Source: Antedon mediterranea (lineage: Eukaryota > Animalia > Echinodermata). Taken from it: a stretch of DNA of 64,000 bases. The translations under genes and the position numbers were made by a program. Shown here piece after piece: positions 1-15,200 of the stretch (position 1 is its first letter; every line of letters begins with the position of its first letter). The stretch covers positions 34,106,437 to 34,170,436 of the forward strand of contig NC_092672.1 of the NCBI RefSeq assembly GCF_964355755.1, given 5' to 3'. The notes under the pieces were generated by a model. That model was not told the DNA's origin. It did no database searches and saw only the letters and a program-made list of their open reading frames with translations.

Positions 1-1894
1 ACAAAGATTTCTGGCAAAAGTTTTATCCAGATGTAGACTTTGTTCCTTGGACAACGTAAGTCAAAACTGATTTTACATAATCTTTATTTTGTAGGCCTAC
101 AGTTTAGAAAAGATAAGAATATATTAAAATAATAGTAAATACAGTACAGTCAACTCTCCCAATACCGGACAGTTTTCCGGAAAATTTGGTGCTGGTAAAA
201 ATGAATTTGGGACCTTTTGAACCTTGAAAAAGTCTGGTATTGGGAGAGCTTCTGCTTTTCAGTCTGGTATTGGCAGAGTGGACTGTACTGTTAATGCAAC
301 AAGTCTCTTTGTTTTCAATCTAAAACTTGATATTGTATTCAAATTTTTCTAGGTTTGTTGAAGACCTAAAAACTGAATATGATGCAGAAATTGAGAATTG
401 GTACAAAGAGGGCGATCTTGATTGGTTGATTCAAGTATTACATCGAGAAATGGATGAAGACGAGGATGAAGTCATTCAAAAAGAACACTATGAAGGTTTG
501 TACCAGTTGAGGTTGATAAACGCTAGGGCAGAAACTACATTTGTCTGTAATTTGGTGGTGAACTACTGTGGCGCCCTCTATACTAAACCTACCTTTGATG
601 TGAACCTGCTTTTCTTCATTATGTAAATACAACTGTATATCATATTTTTATGCACAATTTTTATCTAATGTATTTAAACTTTCAGAGTTTTGTACTGTAA
701 GTGGAGAAAGGCAAGAATTTTGGCAAAGGGTACAAGAGCAGGCGCTGGAGAGCTACACTATGAGGGAAGTGTTTAGTATGAATTCCAGCGTACGGATTGA
801 TGCCATACAGAACTTGGGTAAAGTTTTTTCTACACTACCAAACTTTATCCATGCTATGCTGCCTCAGAATTTTTTTGAAAAACCTGTATAATAAATTAAT
901 TTGCATATCAGCTGTTCACCTTATCTTTTCCACTCCACTGATAGGTTCCAATTGAAAAAATGAAATATCAGAAGATTTTATGAAAAATGATACCAAACAA
1001 TAAAGGGCACTATAATTTTTTACAAAATGCATCTAAAACATAGAGGGAGCTATTAAAAAAATAAAAAATAATACTAGACACTTTTCATATGTGGCATGCA
1101 TCAACAGCATTCAGTTAACCAAAAGGGGCATAGTTAGTAAAAGAAATTGCAACCTTTAGTGGGAGATCCCTTGAAATATCAAGAAATTCATGCAGTTAAG
1201 ATGCTCTGTCTGTCATACAAAATAAGATACTGTAATATAGCATTATAATTTAATTCAATGAAATGTATTTATTCTGAATCATTTTCAGCCAAGTTTAACA
1301 GTTCATCAGTGATTGAATCATTGCTGGATCTTTGCGTTGACGTTGACGAGAATGTTCGAGCAGTTGCTGCAATCTCATTGGCCAGAACAGGAGTCCGAGA
1401 TGATGAGCACATCATGAATACAATCATGAGGTTATTAAAAGATAAAGATAGACTGGTCAGGGAAAGTGGTTGCCTGGCGTTGGGACACATGAAGGCTAAA
1501 AAAGCTATCCCCAAGCTTGTCCACTTATGGTAAGTCAATATAACATGCTTCGAGCCTAATTCAATATTGTCACAATCTACTGTACTGGTTTCATAAATAT
1601 TTGTTAAAGGAAAATCATTTTTTTTTTCTACCAAAACTGTTAATAAATACATACACTATTCTTCGCCAGTAGTGTAGTTTACTGTATTGCTGCTGTTGGG
1701 TAGAAAACTCGAAACCTATAATTAGCTATAACCGGTTGGAAATATTTTCTTTCAGGCGTAATGATGCCATATCCAATGTGCGTGAAGCAGCTGCCATTGC
1801 TCTGGAACAAATAGGAGGTGAAGAGGCCCAGAAGGCAATGCACATTACCAAAGTATTGAGTGAAGAGATCAAGGCTTTGTCAAATAAACATTGA
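1..1894 (+). CDS. HEAT-repeat-containing protein, 3' part (gene starts before the window)
   Basis: Phase-compatible GT-AG exons <1-55, 353-495, 686-817, 1289-1529, 1756-1894 (TGA). Translation has HEAT/PBS-type repeats: LLDLCVDVDENVRAVAAISLA, LLKDKDRLVRESGCLALG, WRNDAISNVREAAAIALEQIG. Confidence 0.85.
147..285. mobile_element. Tc1/mariner-type MITE
   Basis: TA|CAGTCAACTCTCCCAATACC ... GGTATTGGCAGAGTGGACTG|TA inverted ends with TA flanks. A degenerate relative lies at ~30752-30922. Confidence 0.65.
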
Positions 1895-3272
1895 TCCATG
1901 AAGGGTTAGTTAAACATTTTCTTTAAAAAAACATAATACTATTGCAGAGTATCATTCATGAGTGCAATAAGAAAATGTATGCGGTTTTCTATACAATTTT
2001 GTTGGAAAATAAGTATTATTTTCTAACTGGGAGATACAGAAAAATTGTACAAAATTTAATGTAAATGTAGATATTTTTTAATACACTTTTGGATACAAGA
2101 AACATTTTGCATAAAAGGAAAATTCACAAAAGCATATTTTGAGATGTTAGAATAACTACAGACTGCTAAATAGAAAAATGTGTACATTTTATTCAGTATA
2201 GTTTTTTAGATGATACAGTATGTATTACAATGTATATAGTTTTAAATAAGATTAGCATAATAGTGGTGACTGTAGTCTAAACATTGCCTTCAAGTTACAT
2301 GGTTCCAAGTTCGATTATTTATAATGTTATATTCTATTGAATATCTGAACACATTATTATTTGCGAGTGTAATTTCTTATTTATCTAATCAGCAACTTAA
2401 CATTAGTGATAATTGGTTTATAATTTCTCTGTGGTTTGTGTTTGTGTGGTATTATTTGTGTGTGCCTGCTTAAAGATATTTATCCATTTCTTCGAAATAG
2501 CAGAATAGATATTTAACAGAAAAAAATATATTTAGTATAACAAAACATTTTTTATAAGAATTTATAATAACAATAATTATTTATAGAAAGGGAAAGACAG
2601 TAATACATGATTACAATGTAGTGGTTTAAACATTGTATAATCCTGCATGTTTGTGTTAATAAATACAAAATATTTTTAGACACAAAAGTCAGAGTTACTA
2701 TGTAGTTCAAGTCCAAATGATAAGATTTTAAAATATTTTAGATACATGAATATTAAAACATTGTACTGTATAACATTTTTTTATAACACATTTTTTGTGA
2801 TTTTCATACATCTTAAAACTTATACATTTATAAATACATTTTAAAATAAATAGCATTTACAATTAACTAAATATATAGAATCATTTAAATATATAAACAT
2901 TTAAAAGCTCTATAAAACATTGGATTACATTCTCTTAAAATGTTTTCAAATCTTAATTCTACAATATTGAAAGATTCACACTAGTTAATATTGTGGAATC
3001 ATTTGGGTTTGTTAAATTTTAATTCTTGACAAAGAACGTTCAGTAAAACAAATCTTATTTCTAAAAATATATCTTTACAATAAAAATTCTTAACATTAAA
3101 TTAATTAATTGAGGTAAAAAGGAGTCATAATCAAGAATGTATCACATGATCAGTGACTAATTTAATTTACCAAAATTCTAGGTATGACCTAGGATTTGCA
3201 ATGCCATTGCCAATTTTTCATACCAACACTAATGCATCGCTTAAGTGTAGTGTAAATTAATCCCCGAAAAGA

Positions 3273-6200
3273 TCACAAGTGGGTAAGCTTGCTTACATTG
3301 TTCTTCACCGGTTCATCCGACTGTCGTGTCACGTCCGAACTGTTAAACTTTCCAGCCGACGACTTTCGTTGGTCGCGTCCAGCATTCTGCAAGCCTCGAT
3401 TCATGCAACGTTTGACCTCTTTACGCACATGTTTGTTACATGTGAAAGCCATGAAGATGAACACACCTTGAAGGGAATTTAATACAATGAACGTGTACCG
3501 AAAGATTTTCAACTGTGTGAATGCTGATACAAAACCAAAGATCCATGTAAAACCCATCAATGTCGACATCTGTAAATTGAATATATAAGTATAGATTAAT
3601 TGATTGCATCATTAAAAAGAATAATTTAACATAATACTGTAAAAGAAAAAAATAATTAAATAGGATTTAATTATAAATAAACTTGTATTTTGATTTATAA
3701 TATATTGGACTTTTGAAATTACAAAACTACAGTGAAACCGCTCATTTGGACACCCTTATTAAGAAGACACTTTTCTGTGAAATAAACAAGGGGAAATATA
3801 TGTTTTACCAGTACGATAAACCTCTATTGAAGGGACACCTCTATTGAAGGGACACCCCTATTAAGATGCCAATTGGTTGCGTCAGGAAGGTCTCTTCTTA
3901 ATGGGATGGTTTTACTGTAGTAATAATAAAAGCTTGGTGTGATTTCGAAATGTATTTATAAAACAACATCTTTAATTATTCTACATTCAATTAAATTTTT
4001 TAAATTTAGAGAGAATGAATTATAACAGAAATGCTTTACCTTTACATAGACAAGTAGATCAGTTCTGAAACGTTTCAATCGTGTATTTTTAGCATCTCCG
4101 ACCTTGTTAACTACCTTCGTGAGTCTTAAGCCAATCACAGCGCAGATAAATAACAGTATATTAAAAAGTAATATGATCATAAGAGGAAGACCAAAAGCAA
4201 GCAAAGTCGATTTTTCATCGTAAATCCAACAAGCAAATTCATTTCCGTATCTAAAACGTAGATTGTTGAATTGTTCAAAATGTATTACGAGACACAGAAT
4301 GATTATAGGTATCGGCGCACCCCAGCCATAAAACATGTACGCCTGTAATATTTTCCTCTTACTGTGCCGCTTACGAAGTTTAACCTTTGACCCAAAAGTA
4401 AAAAAGAAGTCTAGGGCCATAGCATTCATCCAAAAGAAAGCAGCTAACCAGACATAGTGCATAACGGCAGCAATGGTGGTGCAAAGTATTGGGTAGGCGA
4501 CCCCTTGACCTTGAAGTAATACACCCAGCTGTCCGATAAACAGTGCACCAATCAGGTTCATTAAGATTTTACCAAGAAGCGTACGTAAGGATCGAAACAC
4601 ACAGCGCACAATAAACGTTATAGTTAGTGCTACTAGTGATAATAAGATCCCAATACAACTAATGATAACTTGCATGTGATCAGAATCGGGCGGAAAGAAT
4701 GAAGTCGGCGTGTAATTCAAAGTGTCGCGCTTTAAAGACCTGCAAACTTCAGGGCGCCCTCTAGGATGCAACATCGATTGATTGGTCAATGTTGGCTCTA
4801 CACCTTCATTTGTTGTCACAGAAACTGTCGTGTTTAGTGAAATTGTAGAATTAAGCACCAATGGAGGGCAGTGTTCAAGAGTTTCCACATTACTGCACAC
4901 ATATAGCGACGTTTCCTGGCAAGAATCTCCAGAATCACTAAAACGATGCACTTTCTGAAACTCAACCTGTGACGGCACATATAAGATATTACTGGCGGAT
5001 ATATAAACAAAGTTGGAATGACCAGATTCAATGAAGTAAGTTTCTGAATAATTATGTTTCGAAATTACGCAGTTCATTTCTAAATCAACCTCGTCAACGT
5101 ATTCTGAAAAACTCGCTCTGATTACCGTCAAACTAAAATAAACTTGCGTTTTAGAGTTATTACTTACGTGCTCAACGACCGTTTCAAAACTTGAGTGTAC
5201 GACGTGTAGCTGTGTACACATCTCACTTACAAATCCAGAGAACTTTTTCACTTCCCAAGGGTGGGCGAATCCATGTGGTTTGCCATCGATTTCGTCCACA
5301 ATTCCAACATTAATCTCAGTTTTAAAATGTAATTCCATTAATTTTCGAAGCCACTGTTCTTCATTATCATTTGTAACATTGTGTTTGACTATGAATTCCA
5401 ATGTAACATTCACTCTGACAGATGGACTGCATATATCGGCAAGATTCGGCATTAAATCCATTTCGTTGCAGTCACCGCCGTCCGTGGTCACTCCTTTGGA
5501 GATTCCACTTACCTTCCCAATGGCTTTATCTGGTTGGTTTTCGGGATTTTCAGCCTGATCCGGATTATATTGTCTTTCAGGTAGTGAAGGAATCATGATG
5601 GCTATGGATGTGAATTTGCTCCTGGGAACTATAAAATAATAAATGAAGATAACAATAATAATGATAGTCTTATATACAATATTATACAATTATATACAAT
5701 GTCTGCACATGGTAAATAATGAAAATAATGGTAAATAATGAACTTTTAGCGTCTTTTAAGTCTGCAATAATTTTATCCAAAAGATTTAGTTTTCATAAGT
5801 TTGATAACATGCAGTACATCCCATAACACAATGCAATGTGTATTAAATAATAAAATTTATCTTACTACACAATTGTCTTCTGATGTCATATTCATAGTTG
5901 TATGGACACACACATTTAAATGAACCTTCTGTATTGAGGCATATGCCAGGGTAACAGAGCATCACATTCACACTACACTCATTCAGATCTATAAAATAAA
6001 CACACATGTACTAAATATAAGAAAAATATTAAATAAAATTTAATAAATTTGTTTCCTTCCAAAGATAATATATTTTGAATAGTGACTTCGCCAAGGCTGT
6101 TGTTAGCAATGACATCGCTGATATTCCTTGAGAAAGTGCATTGACAACGCCAAAACTTTGAGTGATTTTTTCAACGTTTGTTCATTTTCCTTCACATACC

Positions 6201-9200
6201 AAGAACATTTGCATTCAAAATAATATTGAAATTTGTAACTGATTTTAAACTAAACATATTCTCTATTTTTTATTTGGGAAATTATATATACTGAACCAAT
6301 TTAGTTTCTGTGAGTTTTTATTTTTCTTTTGTTCTCAAATTTCATTCTTCTCTTGGTGTCATACTTAAAGTTAAAGTTATTGTAATAAAATAAATGAATG
6401 AAAACAGCACACTAATCAAAGGCACAGGCTGTATTTAGTATACTGACCGTCACACATGACTTGGTCTCGATTGTAATAAAATCCAATCGGACAGCGACAT
6501 TCAAAACTGCCCTCTAGGTTGACACAATATCCAGGATGGCACTGATCACCAATAGAAGCACATTCATTCAAATCTCGACAATGCTGTTCACCTTGGAAGT
6601 GTGCGAAACCATCCGGGCAGAAGCAGTAGTAGCTGCCGAGAGTATTGAAGCAAGCGCCAGGCTCACAAAGACCTTGTTGTAACATACACTCATCAGCATC
6701 TAAAGGAAAAAGTCTACAATTAGTATCTAATCAAAGAAATAAGCAAGCATCTAAAGCTCTGTTTACACTATCAAACTTTACGTGTCATATATGGTATTGC
6801 TACTATGCTTAAATATGGTAGTGATATGACATCATCATGTCTATATATGGGCACATCACATTTTTTTGTCACATAAAGATTGATGTTGTAGACAGAGCTT
6901 AAAGACCCTTTCCCTGCAATTTTGGACGTTTTTTGGAAAATAATACATATATATCACTTTAAAAACATTAAACCATGTCATTCCTTGTCTTAAATGTACG
7001 TTTTATGGTAAATTATGATAACAAGTGAGAAACAATGCACTACCTAAGTAGCTCGCGGCGATCGACCTCTCGTGGACGGTCTTAGGCCTAGCCTAGCTAG
7101 GCTTAGTTTTGTAGGCCTAGCTGGTAAACATCGATAACGTACGAACATCGTACGCTAGCTATATACCTAGCCTGACGTTGTATAGTTGCTGCATTAATTG
7201 TCTTTCTATTTTTGCCAGACTCCGTTGATACAAATTGGGGAAAACCCGGTATTTTCGCTGAAAAGTTAGGAGTCTTCCATTTGTTTTGGCTTCACGATCG
7301 ATCGAAAAGTGGGCGAATTACAGGTGAAAAACAAAAATATCAATCCGCGCGCAATGCATTTTGGGATTTATAGCGGGCCGCTATAATTATTAGAATCGAT
7401 TTATTTTTCACATTTTTAACCGTTTAAAGACGAAAAAAGTTATCGCAATAGGACCATATAGTATTATTTTTACATTAAATATAGTTTGTGATCTTAAATT
7501 AGATCTAAAAAACGTAGGGAATGGGGCTTTAAAGCTCTGTCTAAACTATCAAACTAGTGTAAATGTGCCCAAATATGGAAGTGATATGCACAAATATGGT
7601 AGTGCTGTGATATATGATATGTCCATATATGGGCAGATACAGACTCAAGATGACCATAGAGTTTGTTAAAGCTCTGTTTACACTATCAAACTAGTTTGAC
7701 AAAGAAAGTGTAATGTGCCCAAATATGGTAGTGATATCATGACATCATGTCCATATATGGGCACATCACATTCTTTCACATATAAATATATTTTTAAGCA
7801 GTAGTAAACTAAAGCTCGTCAGTGTAACAAAGTCAAGATTAGACTAGGCCCCTAACCACACCTGGTTAAGGGTGTACAGGACTAGACTAGGCCCCTAACA
7901 CCACCTGGTTACGGGCAGGACTAGACTAGGCCCCTAAACCCACCTGGATACGGGTGTACAGGACTAGACTAGGCCTCTAACACCACCTGGTTACGGGCAG
8001 GACTAGACTAGGCCCCTAACCCCACCTGGATACGGGTGTACAGGACTAGACTAGGCCCGTAACACCATCTGGTTACGGGTGTACAGGACTAGACTAGGCC
8101 CCTAACCCCACCTGGTTACGGGTGTACAGGACTAGACCAGGCTCCTAACACCACCTGGTTACGGGTGTACATACCTTGACATGTTAGCCCTTTGCGGGAT
8201 TGCTTGTAGCCTGCAGGACAGGAACAAACCTCTGTATTCAAATTCACTATCTGACAATGTCCAGGGGAACAACTGTCCCTTCTACACAAATCTAAAAAGT
8301 TCAATAATAATAGTTCATTCTTTGCTAACAATTCTCCTTAAAGGTAGATGAGGGCTGGCATATAGTATATCAATCGTTTTGCTTAAGTCAGATAGTTAAA
8401 AGGAATATTATTTAAGAACTTTAAGCAAAATCATTGACTTAAAACAAAGCTAAAGATATAAGTTAAAATAAATGAATAGCATACCTGATGGGTCGTAATC
8501 TATTGATATCAGTGGTACATTACATATGGACTTATATGATTCTACAAACAAAATAGAAGGCATTAATTAGACATTTATATAATTAAGCATTCGCTCACAC
8601 CCACACCACAAAATACAACAATATGGAAGTTTGTCTCATACACATACACCGGATAGAATAAAATATGTTCTTTTTTCATTTTTTTTCCAATTTTATGACT
8701 ATTTTCGTAAAAAAATAAGTTAATAATTAGTCCAGTCAAAAATCACCCTCACCATGGTATAAGAACGTACCCTAATAAAATTTCATCCGTAGGTTCTATG
8801 TATATAAGTAATAACATTTCTTGATGTTGCGTCTTGCAAAACTTGGGATTTTACGAGAAAATTTGACTTTTATACCCAATTTATAACTACCTCATGTCGT
8901 ATTATTGTGTACAGCGAATGCGACGAAGCGTGACTGAAATTACGAGACGCCGTTTGCGCCCATTGAAAAATGCATTAACAAAGCTAAAAACCTACAAAAT
9001 TAATAGTTTATACAATAATTTAAATATAGTTTACAATAAATTGTATAATAAAATACATAACATATAAAGAAAACTCAAGTATAATCTCAAATATTTACAG
9101 ATATGTGTTTAAAAATGTACAAATCAAAATGGCCTTTCATAAAATAAAGTGCGCCCTCACTCGTCATACTTTTATCGGACTTGTATGGATGGTTATACAA

Positions 9201-12200
9201 GGCATTAATAATACGAAACCCGATGCGGTTTGTTAGTTATTGCCTCTGCAAGAGGCAGAATATTATATTTTCACAAATATATTTCTAGTTTTTATCATGG
9301 AAAAAAAGAATTGTATATATTTAAACACATTACAACCTCCAGTCTACCATCATGATGGATTAAGTGAAGCGCCGTATTGTATATGCTATAGCGTAATGAT
9401 CTTCTAGTTATCTGGTTATATTCTGGACATTCTTTTTTTCACAGCATTACTTGCGTGGATATCACAATGCATTTGTTTATTCGCGATTATAGTCAATATT
9501 AATTTGAGTAAGAATCATTTTTAAATGACAGTCCATTTCGCGTATACGATATAATAAAGATTTAAATTAATAAAGTACTCTGAAATATTTTCTCATTGGT
9601 TATCCGCAACAAAGAATCCTTGTGATTGTTAGTTTTGTTTAATTTTCTTTGAATTGTTTATTGGCATCCATATCGTATGATGTGTGAGACAATTTCGTGT
9701 TTTAGAAAATGTAATCCTGCCACCGAAGATTCTATCTGTTCGAAGACTTCTGACGGATAACTGTGTTATTCTTTTACATTTAATTAATTAATTAATTAAT
9801 GTGTTCATCTTCACTTTTGGGAAAAATAGCCTACATCTTTTAGGTTTAAAACGTCATTTATAAGCATTTGAATAAGCCAACAAATTAAACTACTGTGTTC
9901 TCCCAAGCTTTTTAAATTTTATTTAAATGCATTAAAATGCGGATAACAATATTTGAAATAAATGCATATAAAACTTTTGTTCTGGACTTTACTTTTTTTG
10001 TCCCAAGTGAGAACTTTCAGGCCGTGGAGGTGAACCGATCGTTTATGACATGCTTTTGTGTATAAAATGTCCAATAATAATTGTAGGACTACTCTCAACC
10101 AAAACACTTTATATTAGAATGTATTTAATATACGTCACGTCTTAAAAAATTTGGAGAATTGGGTAATACAGTATGTCGTTTCTCGCGAATCACACTCCAA
10201 CATTCTCACTTTCTTTTATTTAGTGAAATGTGAACGGTGGAAAAACGGGAAAATACTTTAAATTTAGAATGCTTTGAATTCTGGAAGACGACTTCGAACT
10301 TAAAGAATCGTCATGAATGACGTTTATTGGCTCAAACTTCACACATCGGTACGATGTGAAGGCCAGACGGATTCAGAGAGGATCAAACCGGCTCCTCCTC
10401 CCCATTGGCAGTGGGGGCATGGGCGGGTGAAAGGGAAAAATGATAAATGTTGATTCAGACGAATGCCAACCAGCCCCTTTGATACGCTCTTAATAATTGT
10501 TGGAAAGTGAAAGTAGGGCTACTTGAGGTAGGGCCTAGTATCTTTCGTATAGGCCTACACGAAATGGATTATCCTTAAATGATTGGTTCTTACCCTAATT
10601 AAGATCATAATCGCGAATGATAGTTCAAAATATGCAATGCATTGTGATATCCACGCAAGTAATGCTGTGGAAAAAAAAGAATGTCTAAAAATAAAACCAG
10701 CAAAACTAGTAGATCATTACGCTTCAGCAGATATACAAATATACACTTAACCCATCCATCGGGTGTCACGAAAGCTCAGACCACGAAAGCTCAGACCCCC
10801 TAAGACCTAAGATCACGAAAGCTAAGACCCAACACCTAAGATTACAAATATTTATCTTTCGCACCTGCCTTGTATTTTAACTCCCAACATTTATTCTGAA
10901 TACCACACCTTAGAATTGGCACTTGTATGAAAAAGAATCACATAAAAAGTAACAAATACATTTTTAAATTGATGATTTTACAGACGTTTTTCTCGCACAC
11001 AAAATGACTAGCCTACAGTACAGTAGGCCTACCCCATGGATGGGCAGGTATATAAAATATACCAAATTGGCTAGTTGAGAATTCTCAACTATTACCGCAG
11101 TACGCCTGTACGACGAAGCCTACCGGTATAATGGGATAGGCTGATTTCCTTGTTAACTTAAGGGGTCATTTAATTACTGAATTATGATTGGTAGTAAAGG
11201 AAATTTACTGGAATCCTATTGGATGGTAAGGTGGTAGTAGGACCATGTCCATCCCATTGCAGTAATAAAGTTGAGCCACCTGCGACCATTACAATGCCCT
11301 ACCATGCTAATGTAGGAGTGGGGAAATGTTATGCTTACTACTGTTTCTTTTAATAATTTAGTACAATTAATAAGAATAAAGAATACACTTAACAATAGGG
11401 CCTATACAACAAATTAATAACATTAATGTACGATGTAGTTAACACTGTTCTCAACTATAGTCATTTTGGTATACTTGAGAACAGTGATAAAGAATATGAT
11501 AAACTTAACAATATACAACAAATAACATTAATGTATGATTCCGTTTAACACTGTTCTCAACTATAGTCATTTTGGTATACTTGAGCACAGTGATAAAGAA
11601 TAGGATAAACTTAACAATATACAACAAATAACATTAATGTACCATCCCGTTTAACACTGTTCTCAACTATAGTCATTTTGGTATACTTGAGCACAGTGAT
11701 AAAGAATAGGATAAACTTAACAATATACAACAAATAACATCAATGTACGATCCTGTTTAACACTGTTCTCAACTATAGTCATTTTGGTATACTTGAGCAC
11801 AGTGATAAAGAGTAGGATAAACTTAACAATATACAACAAATAACATTAATGTATGATCCCGTTTAACACTGTTCTCGACTATAGTCATTTTGGTATACTT
11901 GAGCACAGTGATAAAGAATACTGTAGGATAAACTTAACAATATACAACAAATAACATTAATGTATGATCCAGTTTAACACTGTTCTCAACTATAGTTGTG
12001 GTATACTTGAGCACAGTGATAAAGAATAGGATAAACTTAACAATATACAACAAATAACATTAATGTATGATCCCGTTTAACACTGTTCTCGACTAGTAAT
12101 TTTGGTATACTTGAGCACAGTGATAAAGAATAGGATAAACTTAACAATATACAACAAATAACATTAATGTATGATCGCGTTTAACACTGTTCTCAACTTT

Positions 12201-15200
12201 AGTCATTTTGGTATACTTGAGCACAGTGATAAAGAATAGGATAAACTTAACAATATACAACAAATAACATTAATGTATGATCCCGTTTAACACTGTTCTC
12301 AACTATAGTCATTTCGGTATACTTGAGCACAGTGATAAAGAATAGGATAAACTTAACAATATACAACAAATAACATCAATGTACGATCCCGTTTAACACT
12401 GTTCTCAACTATAGTCATTTTGGTATACTTGAGCACAGTGATAAAGAATAGGATAAACTTAACAATATACAACAAATATCATTAATGTATGATCCCGTTT
12501 AACACTGTTCTCGACTATAGTCATTTTGGTATATACTTGAGCACAGTGATAAAGAATAGGATAAACTTAAAAATATACAACAAAAAACATTAATGTACGA
12601 TCCAGTTTAACACTGTTCTCAACTATAGTCATTTTGGTATACTTGAAAACAGTGATAAAGAATAGGATAAACTTAACAATATACAACAAAAAACATTAAT
12701 GTACGATCCTGTTTAACACTGTTCTCAACTATAGTCATTTTGGTATACTTGAGCACAGTGAAAAAGAATAGGATAAACTTAATAATATACAACAAATAAC
12801 ATTAATGTACGATCCAGTTTACCACTGTTCTCAACTATAGTCATTTTGGTATACTTGAGCACAGTGATAAAGAATAGGATAAACTTAATAATATACAACA
12901 AAAAACATTAATGTACGATCCCGTTTACCACTGTTCTCAACTATAGTCATTTTGGTATACTTGAGCACAGTGATAAAGAATAGGATAAACTTAATAATAT
13001 ACAACAAATAACATTAATGTATATGATCCCGTTTAACACTGTTCTCAACTTTAGTCATTTTGGTATACTTGAGCACAGTGATAAAGAATAGGATAAACTT
13101 AACAATATACAACAAATAACATTAATGCACCATCCCGTTTAACACTGTTCTCAACTATAGTCATTTTGGTATACTTGAGCACAGTGATAAAGAATAGGAT
13201 AAACTTAACAATATACAACAAATAACATCAATGTACGATCTCAACTATAGTCATTTTGGTATACTTGAGCACAGTGATAAAGAATAGGATAAACTTAACA
13301 ATATACAACAAATAACATTAATGTATGATCCCGTTTAACACTGTTCTCAACTTTAGTCATTTTGGTATACTTGAGCACAGTGATAAAGAATAAGATAAAT
13401 TTAACAATATACAACAAATAACATTAATGTATGATCCCGTTTAACACTGTTCTCAACTATAGTCATTTTGGTATATACTTGAGCACAGTGATAAAGAATA
13501 GGATAAACTTAAAAATATACAACAAAAAACATTAATGTACGATCCAGTTTAACACTGTTCTCAACTATAGTCATTTTGGTATACTTGAGAACAGTGATAA
13601 AGAATAGGATAAACTTAACAATATACAACAAAAAACATTAATGTACGATCCTGTTTAACACTGTTCTCAACTATAGTCATTTTGGTATACTTGAGCACAG
13701 TGAAAAAGAATAGGATAAACTTAATAATATACAACAAATAACATTAATGTACGATCCAGTTTACCACTGTTCTCAACTATAGTCATTTTGGTATACTTGA
13801 GCACAGTGATAAAGAATAGGATAAACTTAATAATATACAACAAAAAACATTAATGTACGATCCCGTTTACCACTGTTCTCAACTATAGTCATTTTGGTAT
13901 ACTTGAGCACAGTGATAAAGAATAGGATAAACTTAATAATATACAACAAATAACATTAATGTACGATCCCGTTTAACACTGTTCTCAACTATAGTCATTT
14001 TGGTATACTTGAGCACAGTGATAAAGAATAGGATAAACTTAACAATATACAACAAATAACATTAATGTACGATCCCGTTTACCACTGTTCTCAACTATAG
14101 TCGTTTGGTATACTTGAGCACAGTGATAAAGAATAGGATAAACTTAACAATATACAACAAAAAACATTAATGTACGATCCCGTTTAACACTGTTCTCAAC
14201 TATAGTCATTTTGGTATACTTGAGCACAGTGATAAAGAATAGGATAAACTTAAAATTATACAACAAATAGGCCTAACATTAATGTACGATCCCGTTTAAC
14301 ACTGTTCTCAACTATAGTCATTTTGGTATACTTGAGCACAGTGATAAAGAATAGGATAAACTTAACAATATACAACAAATAACATTAATGTATGATCCCG
14401 TTTAACACTGTTCTCAACTATAGTCATTTTGGTATACTTGAGCACAGTGATAAAGAATAGGATAAACTTAAAAATATACAACAAAAAACATTAATGTACG
14501 ATCCCATTTAACACTGTTCTCAACTATAGTCATTTTGGTATACTTGAGCACAGTGATAAAGAATAGGATAAACTTAACAATATACAACAAATAGCATTAA
14601 TGTACGATCCAGTTTAACACTGTTCTCAACTATAGTCATTTTGGTATACTTGAGCACAGTGATAAAGAATAGGATAAACTTAATAATATACAACAAAAAA
14701 CATTAATGTACGATCCCGTTTAACACTGTTCTCAACTATAGTCATTTTGGTATACTTGAGCACAATATACAACAAATAACATTAATGTACACGATCCTGT
14801 TTAACACTGTTCTCAACTATAGTCATTTTCATATACTTGAGCACAGTGATAAAGAATAGGATAAACTTAAAAATATACAACAAAAAACATTAATGTACGA
14901 TCCCGTTTAACACTGTTCTCGACTATAGTAATTTTGGTATACTTGAGCACAGTGATAAAGAATAGGATAAACTTAACAATATACAACAAATAACATTAAT
15001 GTATGATCCCGTTTAACACTGTTCTCAACTTTAGTCATTTTGGTATACTTGAGCACAGTGATAAAGAATAGGATAAACTTAACAATATACAACAAATAAC
15101 ATTAATGTATGATCCCGTTTAACACTGTTCTCAACTATAGTCATTTCGGTATACTTGAGCACAGTGATAAAGAATAGGATAAACTTAACAATATACAACA

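Noticed and set aside
1894-3273. Overlapping 3' UTRs of the convergent HEAT and receptor genes
   Set aside because: AATAAA-like signals occur on both strands in very AT-rich DNA, so transcript ends cannot be assigned from sequence alone.
5629-5689. Hydrophobic N-terminus of the 577-aa ORF as the receptor's own signal peptide
   Set aside because: It starts at TTG, not ATG, and is the T-rich acceptor tract. A phase-compatible AG at 5629-5630 links the exon to the upstream EGF exons.
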